From: Chrysomallon squamiferum
Lineage: Eukaryota; Animalia; Mollusca
Direction: 5' to 3'
NCBI GenBank assembly: GCA_012295275.1
Contig: CM022669.1
Location: forward strand, 12,772,001-12,836,000
DNA: 64,000 bases
Position 1 is the stretch's first letter. The number at the start of each line of letters is the position of its first letter. The notes below the pieces were generated by a model. The model saw nothing but the letters and a program-made list of their open reading frames with translations. It ran no database searches and had not been told where the DNA came from. Of the stretch, positions 13,924 to 29,929 are shown piece by piece. The position numbers and the translations under genes are program-made.

Positions 13924-14669
13924 TATTAAAATCTATTTAGCTGCGAAATACAGAACAGCATAATTAATTCATCAGTCAATGTCTGTAATGAAGCAGCTTA
14001 GAACAGAAAATAAACAAATACAGAACTTCAGTATAGATCCACTATTTTCAACAGTCTGCTCTTGATGATAGAGTTAAGTAGATTTCACTTACAGAAACAA
14101 AATTAAATAATATTTTTAATTTAAAAAAAAAAGAAGAATTTATTGATAAACTGTTGTTTATGCTTCAGCTGTGCATGATTACGGTTAGTCTATTAAATTT
14201 GAAGTATCGTACATAATTATCACTAAACGTTTGACATTCACTAAGAAAATTTTAAATTATGGATTCGTCATTTCTAGTGATTTTTTTTTTTTTTTTTTTT
14301 TCAAAACATGAAATATCATTTCGTAAAATGATTAAGACGAAAACTTACAGGATTATTTGCTGAGACTAATCAGAGGAGGATTTAAAGAGGCTTATAAATC
14401 TGAAATAGAAACGCATTTTTTAATGTTCTGGTCCAAAGACAGTCAATTGAATACACTTTTGTTTAGGCTTGACGTTTTAGTCATCATAACATAATCATCC
14501 CGTGATCATTTCAACTTCGTCATTTTCACAGCCATCACCATCATGGTCACCATCTTTGTCATCATCATTTTCATTGTATTGTGATCATCATCATCGTCAT
14601 AAAACTTTCATAATCTTATTATATCAGAATTACTCACCCAATAATTATTACTTATATTTATTTATTTAT

Positions 14670-14900
14670 TTATTTTTTTTTTTTTAATAACTTCTCTTAA
14701 ATTAACAAAACCTTTGATATTCGGGAGACATCATAAAAATCCAAATCAGATCTCCTTCTAATATCAAAACCACTCACACAATAGTTATTAATTTTATTTG
14801 ATTTCTGTTATTTTTTTTTATTTTTTTTTTTTTTAATAAGTTCTCTTAAATTAACAAAACGTTTGATATTCGGGAGACATCTAAATCAGATGTCCTTCTT
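14670..14900. repeat. Local ~80-bp direct duplication
   Basis: polyT-aataa(c/g)ttctcttaaattaacaaaac(c/g)tttgatattcgggagacatc...aaatcagat occurs twice (~14680 and ~14830). Confidence 0.85.
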
Positions 14901-15586
14901 ATTTCGTTAACGCAGACATCATTATATCACAGCAGACCATTAACCGTTATTATGCGAGGTAAAAAATATCATCAAATGTGGCTGTGGGATTTATCTCGGA
15001 TGTTATTTCTACTTGACTGTACTCTCGGAAATGTGATAATAGTTACCATGTGTCACTAATCTGGGCTGTAGGCGCCTCAACAAATGTCTGGTAATTAGGT
15101 CTTTATGTGTCATTATGAAGTAAATTGGTTATTTTTTAAATATATATTCAGAGAAAAGGAGTGTAATAGATTAAACTAATGTGTAGATGCTATGAATGTG
15201 ATGCTATGAATATGTGCTGAGCTTGCTACGTTTATCCTTTGATTGTATATACTTGCATCTCGAAACCCTTGAGTACATATATATATATATTTCGTTCAAC
15301 CATCCTTCCATTTATTCATTCTTCCAATCATTCTTTCTTTCATCCGTCCTAACATATCATTATATACATGCAGATGTGCACACATGTACACATACATACA
15401 TAAGTACATATATATATATATACATACATACATACATACATATACATACGTCATACATATATATATTTTGTTATATATACACTCGCTGTCTCTCTTATTT
15501 TCTTTTTTCTTTCTTTCTTTCTCTCTCTCTCATACATACACATATATATGCACTAATACATTCGTATTCATTATAAATCAGTTTGT

Positions 15587-15658
<72 letters not shown>

Positions 15659-15666
15659 AGCGAGAG

Positions 15667-15699
<33 letters not shown>

Positions 15700-16526
15700 C
15701 TATAATAATCCATATTCGGAGAATTGTAAAGATACAGAAATAAAAATGATCAATAAAATCAGAAAGAATTTGTTACTTCAATTTTCATAAACATTTAGCA
15801 GTTAAGGAGAAAATAACCCTTTGTATAAAAGTGACCAGCGATTGACCAGAAAATAAAACCAATCTTCTACTTACCAATTTGAATTTTTTGTATTTTAATT
15901 TAAGATTTCAGTAATCAATTTTTCATTTTTTTTTTTTCCGTTTTGTGCTTTCAAAGATATATGATGTCGATTAGTATTAATTCTTCACCAGTTGCCATTT
16001 ATAATTAGCCTAGCATTAATTAATGAAAGTATAAAATTATATTTTACAATCATATGACATTTGGTTTTAGAGTACCAACTAAAATGTCAATATCAGGTAT
16101 CGGATAAAGGACAATTAAAAGCAATTTTTAGCCGTATTGAAATACCTTAGCGATCTCGTCCATTTTGCAAACAAATGTCAAGAACGTAATTGATTTGTGC
16201 TAAACAATACACTTTTAATCCATATAGAGACAGATGATAATATTATTTCAGGAAAAGCAAACATGAACTGCAAACATCAGTAATAGATTTTTAACTCGTA
16301 TTTGTCTAAGATACGCGATATCAAAAATAATCTTATATTTACTGTTTGGTTGTTCAGGACTCGTTGAAATGAAAATGGACATTGGCTTTTTTTTTTTTTT
16401 TTTTTTTTTTATTTTTTCAAGTACTGGACTCATGCGTCAGATGTCTCAGGATCAAACCTGGTCGTCAGCTAAATTTAATTAAAGTCCTTGTTTTTTTATG
16501 CTGTTTAAAAAGTGTATGTATGTATA

Positions 16527-16569
<43 letters not shown>

Positions 16570-17541
16570 TATGTGTATATATACACACACAGACACTTGT
16601 ATAATATATGTGTATGTGTATGTGTGTTATTTTGTTTTATACATAATTACATGTACCTGTGTGTTCTTGATCTCTTAATGCTCTTTTATACATCCTTGAA
16701 TACGCACACAGACTCACACGCAATTACGCTATCTACTTGCCACAAGTAGAGATGATAACGCTGATATTATCATCATCACAACAACATCCTCCTCCTCTTC
16801 TTCATCACCATCATTTATATTTGGTTTACATCCACGGAACATTAAACGGAAATAAATAAACTTGTACTAAAACTGTTGTTATAAAATGGCTAATTTTATG
16901 TTCTGTTGCGTTAACGAAGAACTCTATGACAGGGACAGACACATTCTGTTTATTGAACACAACAACTTACCTTTGGAAAGGCATAATTTAGAATTATCTT
17001 TAATTTCGTATCTAATTACGTCTCAGCTCATTTTGCCGGTTACGCCGTGCAAAATTTTTATTTATTTCTCAAATAATTTCAACTGTTTAATTGATTTGTC
17101 AGGTGGAAAAATACGTTTTCGGAAATAAAAATCTTTTCTGGCTATTTTGTTTGGGTACAAACAAAAAATATGAAAACAAAGAACCGTAACAATAAGAACA
17201 AAAATAAAGACGAATAAAAAAGGAAAGAGGAAAATAAAAGCTAGAGATAAAAAACGTAGTAATGCGGCAGTGATGTTGTACGCCAACTTCCATGTCGGCA
17301 GAATGAATGACAAAGCGTGTCTGGATATTTTTTTCTGTGCAAGTAAAGGAAATAACAGAGATGTTAGCAGGTTCAAAAAGAAAATATTATTAGTATTATT
17401 ACTTCTACTTCTGCTATTATTGTTGTTGTTGTTGTCGCTGTTCTCTTATTATCATTCAGATATTGATAATTATAAAAAAAATAAAGTTTACGAAAGAAAT
17501 CTCAATTACATTTCATATTAATTCATGACATGCCTGTTTGT

Positions 17542-17594
<53 letters not shown>

Positions 17595-18948
17595 TTATGT
17601 ATGCATGTATGTGTGTGTATGTGTTCTTGTGTCTGTGCGCGTGCTCGTGCGTGTGTGTTCTTATAATCTACTCAGGTTAATTTTCTGTTAGTTTACTCTA
17701 AGTGAAGTCTATCATCATGATCTAGTTTGAAGTTCGTGACATTAAAACAAAGCCGTCTTGGCACCTTGGAATTCTCTAATTCATCCCACATGTTCACCAA
17801 ATGCATGTACTAAGTGCCTTCAAAAAATATTTCCCATCAACACACGGAAACAAATAAAGCATCTTCGCAATTCATTTGAGCCGAAGTTAATAACAATAGA
17901 ATACACATATTAAAATACGACAGAATTAAATCATAAATTTACTTCTAATTTTTAATTTTGTGGAAATAATTATTATGAAGTCTACATCGAATTTCCATAA
18001 TGACGCTTGAATATTTCTTGCTTTTTAAAATTTTTATTATTTAATATTTTATTTTAATGTGACTGAAACTGGCGTGTTTGTCTGAAGATTCCTGGAAGCC
18101 ATTTAACAATTTACGGCTATGTAAGACGTTAATTGTTCCCCTGTCGGCTTTTAACAGGCGTCAGGCAGACTTTCTGGATAAAATCACTGTCCACTGAAAT
18201 TTATCCTCACAGCCAACTCTGAATCACAGAAACACCAAACTTTGGTTTTAGTTCTTGTGCGTATTTGTGAATTTATTAAAGCAATAGTAAAGAAATTAAT
18301 GGAAATAATAATAAGAACAGTAATAATAAAGTAACAGCAACAACACAAACAACAACAACAACAACAATAATATTAATAATAATAATAACAATAATAATAA
18401 AAATAATAATAGTTCTTAGAGTACATGCTACTGATAAGGCAAGAACTGTAACTGAATCGAGAATAGCTAGAGAATTCGCATCTGCATGCTGATTTCGCAC
18501 AGTTTAAAGAAATAAGTAGGGAACTGGGTTAACGAAAACCTTCATCTATTTTTTTTTTTTTTTTTTAATGAATATAATTTTGCAGCAGTAACCGTTACAA
18601 GCGTTTAATCTATTTAAGCACTTTTCCAACATGATCTGGCAAACTGAGAGTCGTAATTCACAAATGTCACATAATGCCGAAACAATTTTCATGATCTTCC
18701 AGTGTTTATCAATTAGCTCTTGAAACAAAAACGGTGACACTTTGTTTGCTATGTAATTGAGACTGACTAATGTCAGAATTACGTTCCATACCTCCTCCTG
18801 ATATTATTTCATTGTCTGACGTTTTCTGTATGTAAATTGTGTGTTATAACACACAGGCTCCTGAATAACATCAGTTAAACATACGCACATAATTATGTTT
18901 ATTACATAAGTAAATACAAACACAGATGCGGCTATCCATCCATCATAC

Positions 18949-19011
<63 letters not shown>

Positions 19012-20111
19012 TACGTACATATATAAAATGCATAACTGCATACACACATAATACATACATATACATACATACAGATATACTACATATTTAGGTACATATG
19101 TACATAAAAATGAATATACATAAATACATACACAGACACACTTTACTAATGTATATTTTTAAGAGATTATTATTTTGTTTCCCCTGCACATTCATTTTTT
19201 TTTTTTGTGAACTTCTAATCTTCTAGCACTGAGTACGACACTGCGCACAAACCTGCATTTTAATGCTTAATTTTAAAAGAATATTTGTGTTTGTTTAATA
19301 CAGGCTTCTGACCTATCTTTTGTGTTGTACTTTAACCGAAAACAAAAATATTTATTGAATTAGGAATGTTTTGCTGGATTAGTTTTCTGTCACTGCAATA
19401 AAAATATTGAATCCTAAACCGTAAATTCGTTGACATTAATATGTAAACGACTCGTTATACACAAGTAGTTGTTCTGTATCACTCAGCAATAACTCAGCTT
19501 GTATCCCAGATGAATTAACAATATCGAACTTACTTATGAATTTTACATAAATGTTTTCAGCGACTCTTTTTCTCATTGTTTCTCTCTGTCTGTGTGTGTG
19601 TCTGTTTGTCTGTATGTGTTGCCTTCTCGGTCTGTTTCTTTTTTGCTTGGCAGTTTTTTCTGAGTAGCGCACAGCAATGTCAGATTTTATTAAGTCAGTT
19701 TTTTTACAATTAATTTAAAGAGTTAAAATTATATTGATGATGTCGTCATATAGGTAATAGCAGCAGCACCTGAGGCAGCAGCAGTAGTAGTAGAGTAGTA
19801 GTAATAATAGCAGTAGAGTAGTAGTAGTTCTAGAGTAGTAGTAATAATAGCAGTAGTAATGTTAGAAATAGTAGTAGTAGCAGCAGTCGTAATAATATTA
19901 ATTGTTGTTTGGTGTCGATTATGATAGTTATGGTAGTGTAATAGTAATGGTCGTTGTGATGCATAATGTAGCAGTCGTCCGCTGCTCCGAATTTAAGCAG
20001 TCGTAGTTGTAGTGGTTGTGGTTGTAATAGTGGTAGCCATGGCGGAATAATAATATAAAAAATTGTAATAGTTATAGCTTCTACTTCTACTACTACCATT
20101 ATTATAATTTC

Positions 20112-20171
<60 letters not shown>

Positions 20172-23159
20172 TTATTACTGCTACTATTACTACTTGGTAT
20201 TATTAAGCATGTCGCCAGCAGTCATATTCACACACAAACACAGACACACACACACACAGACACAGACACACACACACACACACACACTAACACTACATAT
20301 ATGTGTGAGTGTGTATATATAAATATTTAAGCTCTGAAACCTAATTGGTGCAAGTGTAGCGATTAGAGGTAATGAAAAATGCTGAATAAATAAATAAATA
20401 AATAAATGAAAATAAACACTGATTTTGTTTAAAGTGTCTACCGAAGAAATGTTTAATATTTCATCAGATAATTTCCTTTCTCTGTAGCATTTCTTTTTTT
20501 TTTGAAATAAACTAATCTAATTTCTTTTCGTAAAGGATACTATTTAAAAATAATAATAATAATAATAATAAACCCACAAAAAACCCACCAAAAAAAAAAA
20601 AAAAAAACCAAAAAAAAAAAAACAAACCAAACCAACAACAACAAAAAACAAAACAAAACAATCAAACAACTAAAATTAAAAAGGTAGCCAGAAGCAAAGA
20701 AACTTGAATATAAACGTGAAGGTCGAGTTTAGTTTTGACTGGTGGAGGAAACTGAATGTGACATAATCATGGTCCTGAATGACACTCTAATACATGTATA
20801 ACTAAAATTCAATTTAAATATAATTTTTCATTTCCGACATACTTTTCAGGGTGTAATGGTTGAGGTCATGTTCATCAGTTGTAGATTAACCTTAACTGTT
20901 CGTTCAGCTGGATCAGTTAATTACGTGTATTCAGAAGATGAAGATCTCAGTGCTGTGCAATTGGTCTTATTCTTCACTTCAACCATATTTTTTAATTTAT
21001 TTTGATTTTTTTTCTCTTCTGTTTAACAATATGCTTTCTGTTGATATTGCACGCCGTATTAGTTTCATATTAATCTCGCTGAGCGCATTCTGCATGCGTT
21101 TTCTAATTGGTTTATACGAAGCAGAACATCTTCATGTGTTTTTCAATGAAATTCACTGAATCGGAAGAATTTTTTTATTATTATTATTAATATTAAATAC
21201 AACACTAGGTGATTCGCTGTTCTTTTCTAGTAAAAAAAAAAAAAAAAAAAAAACCCACCATCAAGCGAGTTGGCAGATACAAGGTGTTAAACAAGATGTA
21301 ATCTAGCTGGGATGTTTCGTATTCTTTCTAGATGAGCATTCCCGAGCCAGCTAATCATTCGCTTGATTAATTCGCGCGCGGTTCTTGATTAGGTGGCACG
21401 ATTCTTGACGTTTGCATTCCCTCGCCAAACAAGGTCGTCTTCTGGGACATATTTCAGTAGCAGAGCATTTCCTCTGATGATCGACATAAAAATGTTTTTC
21501 CCCGAAAGACTGAAGAAAGGGCTGCTGTGCTGGTTGGGAAAACATTATATGCATTATTTAATATAGATTGGCTTTAGATTTGTAATCAGTTTCATTTCTT
21601 TTTAATGATTTCTTATCATGTTTTATTTTTATTTATTTATTTTTTTATTTTGTTTTGTTTGAAACATAACCACCGCAGTTTTCGATTTTAAATGTCATCT
21701 CATACAGAATAACATCATTCTAAACTTGGCTTCTGTGCTGTTATACTACCATTTTCAGTAACGGATTTTGTCTTAATGAACCGTTATGGAAACCAACCGA
21801 GATATTTTCGTGTTCACAGAAGACTGGAATTGCGTAAGGTGTTTCTTCCAATTTAATTATATTCGGAGGCGTCGTCTTGGAAATATTCGTATTATCTCGC
21901 ATATGTTACTGCAGAATTTGTCACTAAAAAAAAAAAAAAACACTAATTATATTGAAGTTTTCTGAGGAATGACCCATTTGAAGAACTCTTTTCCGAAACG
22001 CAGTAAGCGCGAAAAATCAAAAAAAAAAAAAAAAGAGTTTGCAACCCAAATGTCAATTCCCTAGACCACTCTACGTCTTTTTTCTTTCATTTCGCTGTAT
22101 GTCACTGTAAGCAATACACTACTTAGTTCCATATCCTTTTTTTAATTTTTTTAATAGCTAACCGCAAATCTCTTCTCGACAATCCGTCACATCACACACA
22201 TCCAAAATGGCGGCGTCCAGGGCGTATGAATTCCGTGCACGATTTTCACTTTCAAACATCGATTTGTGGGCCAAAATGAATAATTTTGAAGGCTCTGATG
22301 GGCTGGTGATACGTTTGCCGAGTGATCGGCAACGTGAGTTAAACAGGACCTGTGATACTTATGCTGAATTGTAGGCAACGTATGTTAATCAAAAATAATC
22401 ATAAAATACTATAAATGAAGAAAATTCGCGTGTTCTTGCGGTGGCAGGTGCAGACACTGTTGCTGCTTATTCTGATCCTTGATATGCTGATAAACTGATA
22501 TATGACAGCCACGTCTCCTGTGTAGCTTTGTAAGATAAGAAAACCCCAGAAGAACAGTAATCTTGTGGTAAAAATCATGTTTATAATCTTCGGTTTACCT
22601 GTTTATGTAAAATGGCCCAGTCAGCTGGGGTGGACGTATTTTGGAAGTTGGGCACTGAGGAGCGTGGTCGTTCTTTACAGGTTCAACACAGCCAAAGTTA
22701 TTTCGTCATGCAGTTTCTGACATGCTGCAGTATGGATTGTTGATAGGAAATCCACAGAATTTTTGGTCAGAAAAGTAATTCTTTGAATATATACTAGTTC
22801 AACATTTTTTTTTTTTTTAAATGATAAAGTTTCTCTGATTAACAGTAATGATTGCCGCAAGATTTAACTTTTATTGCTTGACATGTATTTTTTATCATAC
22901 AAACTACTTTTCTTGAGAAAAAAAAAGCTTGATGTTAAAATTTCTGGTTCAAGAAAATATATGTCATTTTTCTTATAAAAGATTTAAACCGTTTTGGAAA
23001 AGAGCTCTTCAATTTGCAATATAAATCTGCGGTTTTTCATTTTTTGTGCAATTTCCTTTCTCTTTTTGTTTTAACGTTAATTCTTTTTATTCTTGGCATT
23101 TTTCTTGTCTTTTTAGAACAAAAAATCATTGCCAGTCCTCAATAAACACAAGAATATTA

Positions 23160-23228
<69 letters not shown>

Positions 23229-26200
23229 GAATAAAAGAATAAATCAATTCCACTAACTTGTTTTCGTATAGTCCCTAATTTTAAAGAAACCAAACCCAAA
23301 CCATTTTTTTTTTGACACACTTGTACGAACTATCTGACATTAGCAATCATGCTGAATTCAGTATTTCATTTTTTATTCACAATAGACACAACCAACGAAT
23401 CTGAGATCATTAATGTTCTCGTTATAGTAAATTGCTACGTAAATTGAAAGATTTAGAAAATGTGGATATGTAAATGTTAGGGACCAATATGAAGACACTT
23501 GGAGTTAATATATATGCTTAATTTATCTAATTAACAAAATCTCATGTCTGTGTCTAGATTCAAAAAGGTGATATCAAAATTATCCCTCAAAAAAAAAACA
23601 AAAAAAAAAAAAAAAAAAAAAAGCAAAATTTTAAGTTTTTTGATTCATTCGATATCCTATTGATTAGGAATGTGAGTGGTTTAAAGAAATCGTGGGAATG
23701 GGTTCCAAAATGTTCAAATATCTTAAAGAAATTCATTGTATTAGTATTGATCATGTGAGATCTTCCAATCAGCCACATAATGCACAGGTTCAAATCTTGA
23801 AGAAGACGCATTTCTCAAGAGATGGATATTTAAATGACAATAACTCTTACCCTTTTTTAATCTGGAGCTTGTTGGCCGTTTTGCATTGGAAAATTAGACC
23901 GACGATGCCCTTTTGAAATCAGGTTGTAGATTTATAACATTTCATAAATAATAAAATTAATGTTATCCATTTGCAAGAAAATGGAACTTTAGAGGAAAGA
24001 GACTGAGAGAAAAATATGAGTACTAATAGTGGTATTAATATTAGTTTTGTACTATTAGTATTAATACATTTTTTAAAATTATTATTGTTATTAATAGTTT
24101 TAATAGTACTGGTGGTGGCAATAATATCTGGTAGTGGTAGCAGTAGTAGTAGTAGTAGTAGAAGAAATAGTCATAGTATTAGAAGTTGTAGTAGTTTAGT
24201 ATTAACAGCCGTATAAAAATAGTTATCATAGCACAAATAATAGTATGGGGAACAGTTACATTTTATTAGGTTTCAAAATCATAAGAGCCTTCCCTTATAT
24301 TTATAACATTTGCATTACTGAATGATTAAAATAACATTAAAGAGCAGCTGACTTTTTAAATAATTATAGAAACAGAAGCAGCTAAAAGAAAAAAAAAAAA
24401 AATCCGTAATATAAAAATATGTACGTATTGGCCTTGGAAGCTAAATAATGATTTGGGAGGATAATTTCGGGAAGGCTTGTTTCAAATAACAGAAAATAAG
24501 AACCATATTTTTGTTTGATTATTATTTCCCTTGGCAAAGAACTAATTGCGCTTTAAAATGACATTATAATACGTGGCAGCCGAGATGATCGTATTTCAAA
24601 TAGATGTGCTTCACGTAATTAGAGTGAAGTCTCGTGGCAAGTCATTTTAAGAGATTGTAATTCCACTGGGAGGAGTTTATCCGTGCATTCATTGAAGGAG
24701 AAACAAACAAAAGAGGCATTTAAAATCATTTGTCGTTCTTGTTACTGCTTATCATTGTCGAGTGCGATCATAACTTGATATATAGCGGTTATAGTGACTG
24801 CAAAACAGTCAGTAGTACAGTAGTCGTAGTAGTAGTATTAATAGTGGAGTAGTAGTTGTAGAGCAGGCGCAATAGCAGGAGTTCTGATATATGGTGCCGA
24901 TGATGATAGTAATGGTAGTGTGAAATAGTGTTTATTGTGTTGTACATGTAATGGCAGTACTGGTGGTTGAAGTTGTACAAATTAGTAATATTTATTGCTG
25001 CTTCTACAACCACGATAATATCTATTATAACAGCTATACTTACTTCTACAACAACAACAACTACTACTTGACATTTTTCTTAGAATGAATTTGCATCTAT
25101 GTTACATTACTTCCATAAAACTACGTAACATTTCATAACATTTAAAGATCTTTGTACAAAGAAAGACAATTTTTTTTTTTTTTTTTTTTACACTGTTTAT
25201 TCTATTTATTTAAAATTTTCAAAAAAATTAAATTACCGCTATAATTAAAGACTATATTTTCTTCTCCTATTTCATCCTTTTTCTTTTAAATTCATGTATA
25301 TATCTGAGGTAGTAATCATGTTTGTGCTAATAACATCTATGAAGGTGATGTTCTAAATAATTAAATTGAATTCAGGAAAGCTTCAGTAATCTATACAGTT
25401 AGAGAAAAACAAAGAGAAGAAGAAGAAAAAAGTGATTTGATCATCAGAGCCAATTATAATCTTATTGTAAGGACATAAAAAAAAAACCCATTTCCTCCAA
25501 AATGGATTACGTTTTATGCATATCGCGCATGCCCAGAGAAAAGAAAATTTGATAACGCAGTTATCGTTCCTACCGACTGATCCGTTTCAATCAAGTGGAA
25601 TCCCATAACGTCAGCAAACTTATGTTTTCGTGGTTGTTCCTTCATTTTTTTTGTTTTTTTGTTCTTTTTTACTCTGACTAGACAATGATTGAAACGAATC
25701 AGATTTGAATAATTTATATGTTCGTTCACTGATTCTGTCTGGGTTTGATTAATTTCCTACGGATACCATGTCAAAAAAAGAAGTAAAAATTACGACTGAA
25801 CGCTCGACAAGTAATACCTGGAGACTTAATTTACAGCAGAAACAAGACATATTTCAGAGGGAAGAGACTGGATAAAAAAATAAAAATAAAGGAGATATCG
25901 CCTCAGTTAGACATCTGAATTGCAGTGTACAAAAACAAAAGCCAAGAAAAATCTAATTAACTTCCTTAAAGCAAGCAATGCAAAGCGGACCCAACAGGAA
26001 TGATAAAATAATAAGTATTATTGTTGTTATTGTTGTTTGTTGTTGTTGTTGTTGTTGTTTCTTTTGTTATTTAAAAAAATATATATAATTGATATCATTT
26101 CTTCCTGAAAGTTACTCATCCTAGCTCTTAGCCAGCATCATCGATATTTTTGCGTACTAATATTTTATTAATGTTCGTTGACATTTAAATGAAAGTGCAA

Positions 26201-26259
26201 TGCAGAATTTTTGTAATTTAGTCTGGCGTTATAAATCTTTTTTTTATACGAAGAGGAAG

Positions 26260-26815
26260 ATAATTACCGTTATTGTCATCATTACCAATAAAACAGTGAT
26301 TACCAATATACAGTCATTACCGCCATAACAATAATTACCATAATATCATTATAATTATAGTAAAGGTAACTACCGAAATGCAGTCATTATTCCCATAAAC
26401 TGTTTTAGTAGTGTATTTCTTACAGAGATATACAGCAGAATGAAAAGAAAACAATAATTACCGCTGTGTCATCATTACCAGTATAAAAGTAATCACCATT
26501 ATGTCAACTTTACTAATAAAACGGTAACTACTAGTCAATATCTCCATAAAGATAATTACAATTATGTCACCATTACCAACGTAACGATGCTTACACTTAT
26601 GTCATCATTACCAAGGTAACAGTAATTACCATTACGTCATCATTACCACGATAATAGTAATGACCATTATGTCATCATTACCACGATAACACTAATTACC
26701 ATTATGTCATCATTACCAATAAAGAGGTAAATACCAATATGCTGTCCCTGTCCCTAAATGATAGATACCATCACGTCATCATATTATAGCGTTATTTACC
26801 AATGTGCCATCATTA
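26260..26815. repeat. 35-bp minisatellite (taattaccattatgtcatcattaccacgataacag)
   Basis: Clear 35-bp periodicity at 26623, 26658 and 26693, with diverged copies on both sides. Confidence 0.85.
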
Positions 26816-27463
26816 TGAACAAAACAGCAGTTTGTTAGAAAGGTGATGCTAACTGGCAGCATAATGGCAAACACTGTCAAACAAATGACCTGATTTTTTT
26901 TTGGCACCACTGGTCCGAACTTCGATCTCTGTGATTCCCCATAGGGCAAAGAACAATTTGGTCAAAACTGTAGATGAAGGCTGAAAATAACATTAAGCTA
27001 TTTGTATGCAAATTACGTTTTTCACAAACAATTGCAAGAAAATTCTTGGAAACGTCCTTAAAAGAAAATCCGCACCAAAAACGTAAAGAATTCCTAGATT
27101 AATCATAATTTCTGAAATTCTTGGACATCTTCATTGTAATTGGAAACGGTAAATAGCTTATTTGATCCGCAGAGAAACTTGATTATCCGCCAAATGCTTA
27201 CCTCGTCACTGATAACTAGCAACAACAGTAGTAAAATCTAGTAGACTGATAATATACCTTAGAGTAAACAAAATTTCTTGTACATTCGAATTAGTTTCGC
27301 TTGGTATGCTAGCCACCTTACGATTGTGCCTTTTCCTGTATAATGAAACTCGTGCAGTCAGGAAATGTTCTGCATCCATCTTTTCAGTGGATACACCCTT
27401 GATGTTAAATTTTGGATATAACCCTCTAGAGCTCTAACGTGTAAGAAATAATTGGAAATAAAT

Positions 27464-27465
<2 letters not shown>

Positions 27466-27525
<60 letters not shown>

Positions 27526-27559
27526 AAGAAGAAGAAGAAGAAGAAGAAGAAGAAGAAGA
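27466..27559. repeat. Compound (AAT)n(AAG)n microsatellite
   Basis: Seen directly in the sequence. Confidence 0.95.
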
Positions 27560-29431
27560 AACAAAACAAAACGAAATAAAATAGACGGAATTAATAAATG
27601 TAAAATCACCAAGCCAGCGAACTTAAAAAACTGGTGTTAGAAAAAATTTCAAGTGTTCACGCTGAAACCTGAAATTCTCAGGAGAACGTCCCAATAACAG
27701 AGAATAAAATTTCGTTACCGAGATGAAGTTAAATTTTACGGCAGAGTTTTCCTCCAAGGTAATATCTGACCCATTTATATTCACTGACTGCAGCATGTTA
27801 ACCACGCCGTGACATCCCTCTTAATAGAGCTGGCAATTCCATTAGTTATGGCAATCATCATATCCTTTTCGTGCTGGACTGTTTGTTCGCTGGAGAATTA
27901 GAAAAACCCGAATCATCTGATTCATCAAATGAATTGGCATCGACTTCGCTGCTGTGTTTCCTGTCCGTCAAGAAATAAATCTATTTTACTCCCTTCCCGT
28001 GTCGTTTTGTTTCTGTGTGTGTCTGACTTAACTGAACAGATCGTTCCTCGTTAGAACTCTGCGGCTGTTGTACGTGTTCTACAAGGTCAAGCGATGCTTA
28101 ATAGTAAATAAACAAGCAAACTGTATACAGATCAGACAAAGAAAAAAAACCGCAACATTTTTTTTGTTGCAATTTTATCATTGCCAGTTTTGCAAATAGG
28201 ATTGGATTTTGGACTATGATTGGAGATAGAGTTGTAAATGATCGTGTTCGTTCTGTGTTATTTTCCTTCGTTCAAATCCAGTTTTTGAAACAAAATAGCT
28301 TCATAATTAACGGCAACGATTTCTGTAAGCTGGAATTCCAGCAGTTACAACAGCATAAAAATAAAGTGCCACTATCAATGTTACCATCATTAATCAGTTC
28401 CTAGTGTTATTGCTATTATTACTTTAGCTGCACAGGGTATAGTGTTATTGGTACGACAAGATCTACTGCCACTAAAATCGATACTGCACACACAGTATAG
28501 TTCTTTCTCTGCTTGCTTTCTATTACTGTAACTGCGATTACTTCTACCGCTAATGCTTCTGCTACCACTACCACTACAACAAAACCCACTGTCTTGTAGT
28601 TATTACCCAACAACAACCACAAAATCTACATATTTCCACTGCAGACTTATTTATTAAATATTCAGTAGAAACTGAAATATTTATTGAACTAAAACTTTAA
28701 CCCTTGGCAGAACTTTTAGGCTCATGGGCATTATCGTCTCAAATTCACAGACAGTCCATTGTCATCCCAGAAAAAAAGAAAATTGAATATATTTCCCAAA
28801 GATTAAAGAGACTATATAGACATTTAACATTCTTCCCTCTTTCTTGCATTCTCGCGGGATTTATTTTTATTGTAAAATAAAGACTAGTGGCAGTTGTAGT
28901 CGAAGATCAAACAATGAAATTAGCACATCATAGTTAGATTAAGTACAGATGACTAAGGCAAACACAATTTGCGCGAAACATGCAACGCATCTGACTTGTC
29001 TGTCGAATCAATTTGTGTTGGAGAGCAGGAACACCGCGGGCGCTGTATTGATCGCTGGAAGACGTTAAAAAACTCATAATCTCTCTTGTAATTTCCTTTG
29101 TGGTAAAACAAATAACTCCGATTAAATGAAAAAGACCGGTAAGGTGTACCACTTGACTTCATGATTTCGACAAGATTGTTGTGAATTAATTGTATTCGTC
29201 TTAAATCGAGTCGATGGTCTGATGCTTTTAAGACCAATCTTGGGTTGGAATGGTATTGATTCGAAAGTACATTTATATATGTGTCTTTTTTATTTTACTG
29301 TAAGTTTTGAATGTCTTTGTGTGTGCCTGTGAGGATAGCATGTCTGTACCAGCTTATATCTGTATAACAGTAATTTCTTTTATAGTTTAATATAATTTAA
29401 TTTATTTGGTCCCTCTCTTTATCTCTCCTTT

Positions 29432-29508
<77 letters not shown>

Positions 29509-29869
29509 ACACACACTCTCTTATTATATGAGGTAATTATTTTGTCAAATGATCTTTCGTTATATAATCGGACAGTTAAGTTAGTAATTATGCGGCAATA
29601 TTAAAGTCGAGAAAAGACACTCAGAGGATACGAAAACACACACCCTCGCTAATTTGTTAATCTACTAGTAATTTTCGTGGCAGATGGATTTTTCAGTTTC
29701 TAGCAGCCTTGTGTGCTTTGGTTTGCAAAGCTGCATTACACAGAAAAAAATGAAAGTAAACATCACGGTAATTTCAGATAATAAATCATTAACCTCATCT
29801 TCCGTATCTGAATAACAATACAAAGAGCTTCAGCTGCAATGAAATACAGATATCCACACAAAGATAAAA

Positions 29870-29879
29870 ATACTACCAT

Positions 29880-29929
<50 letters not shown>

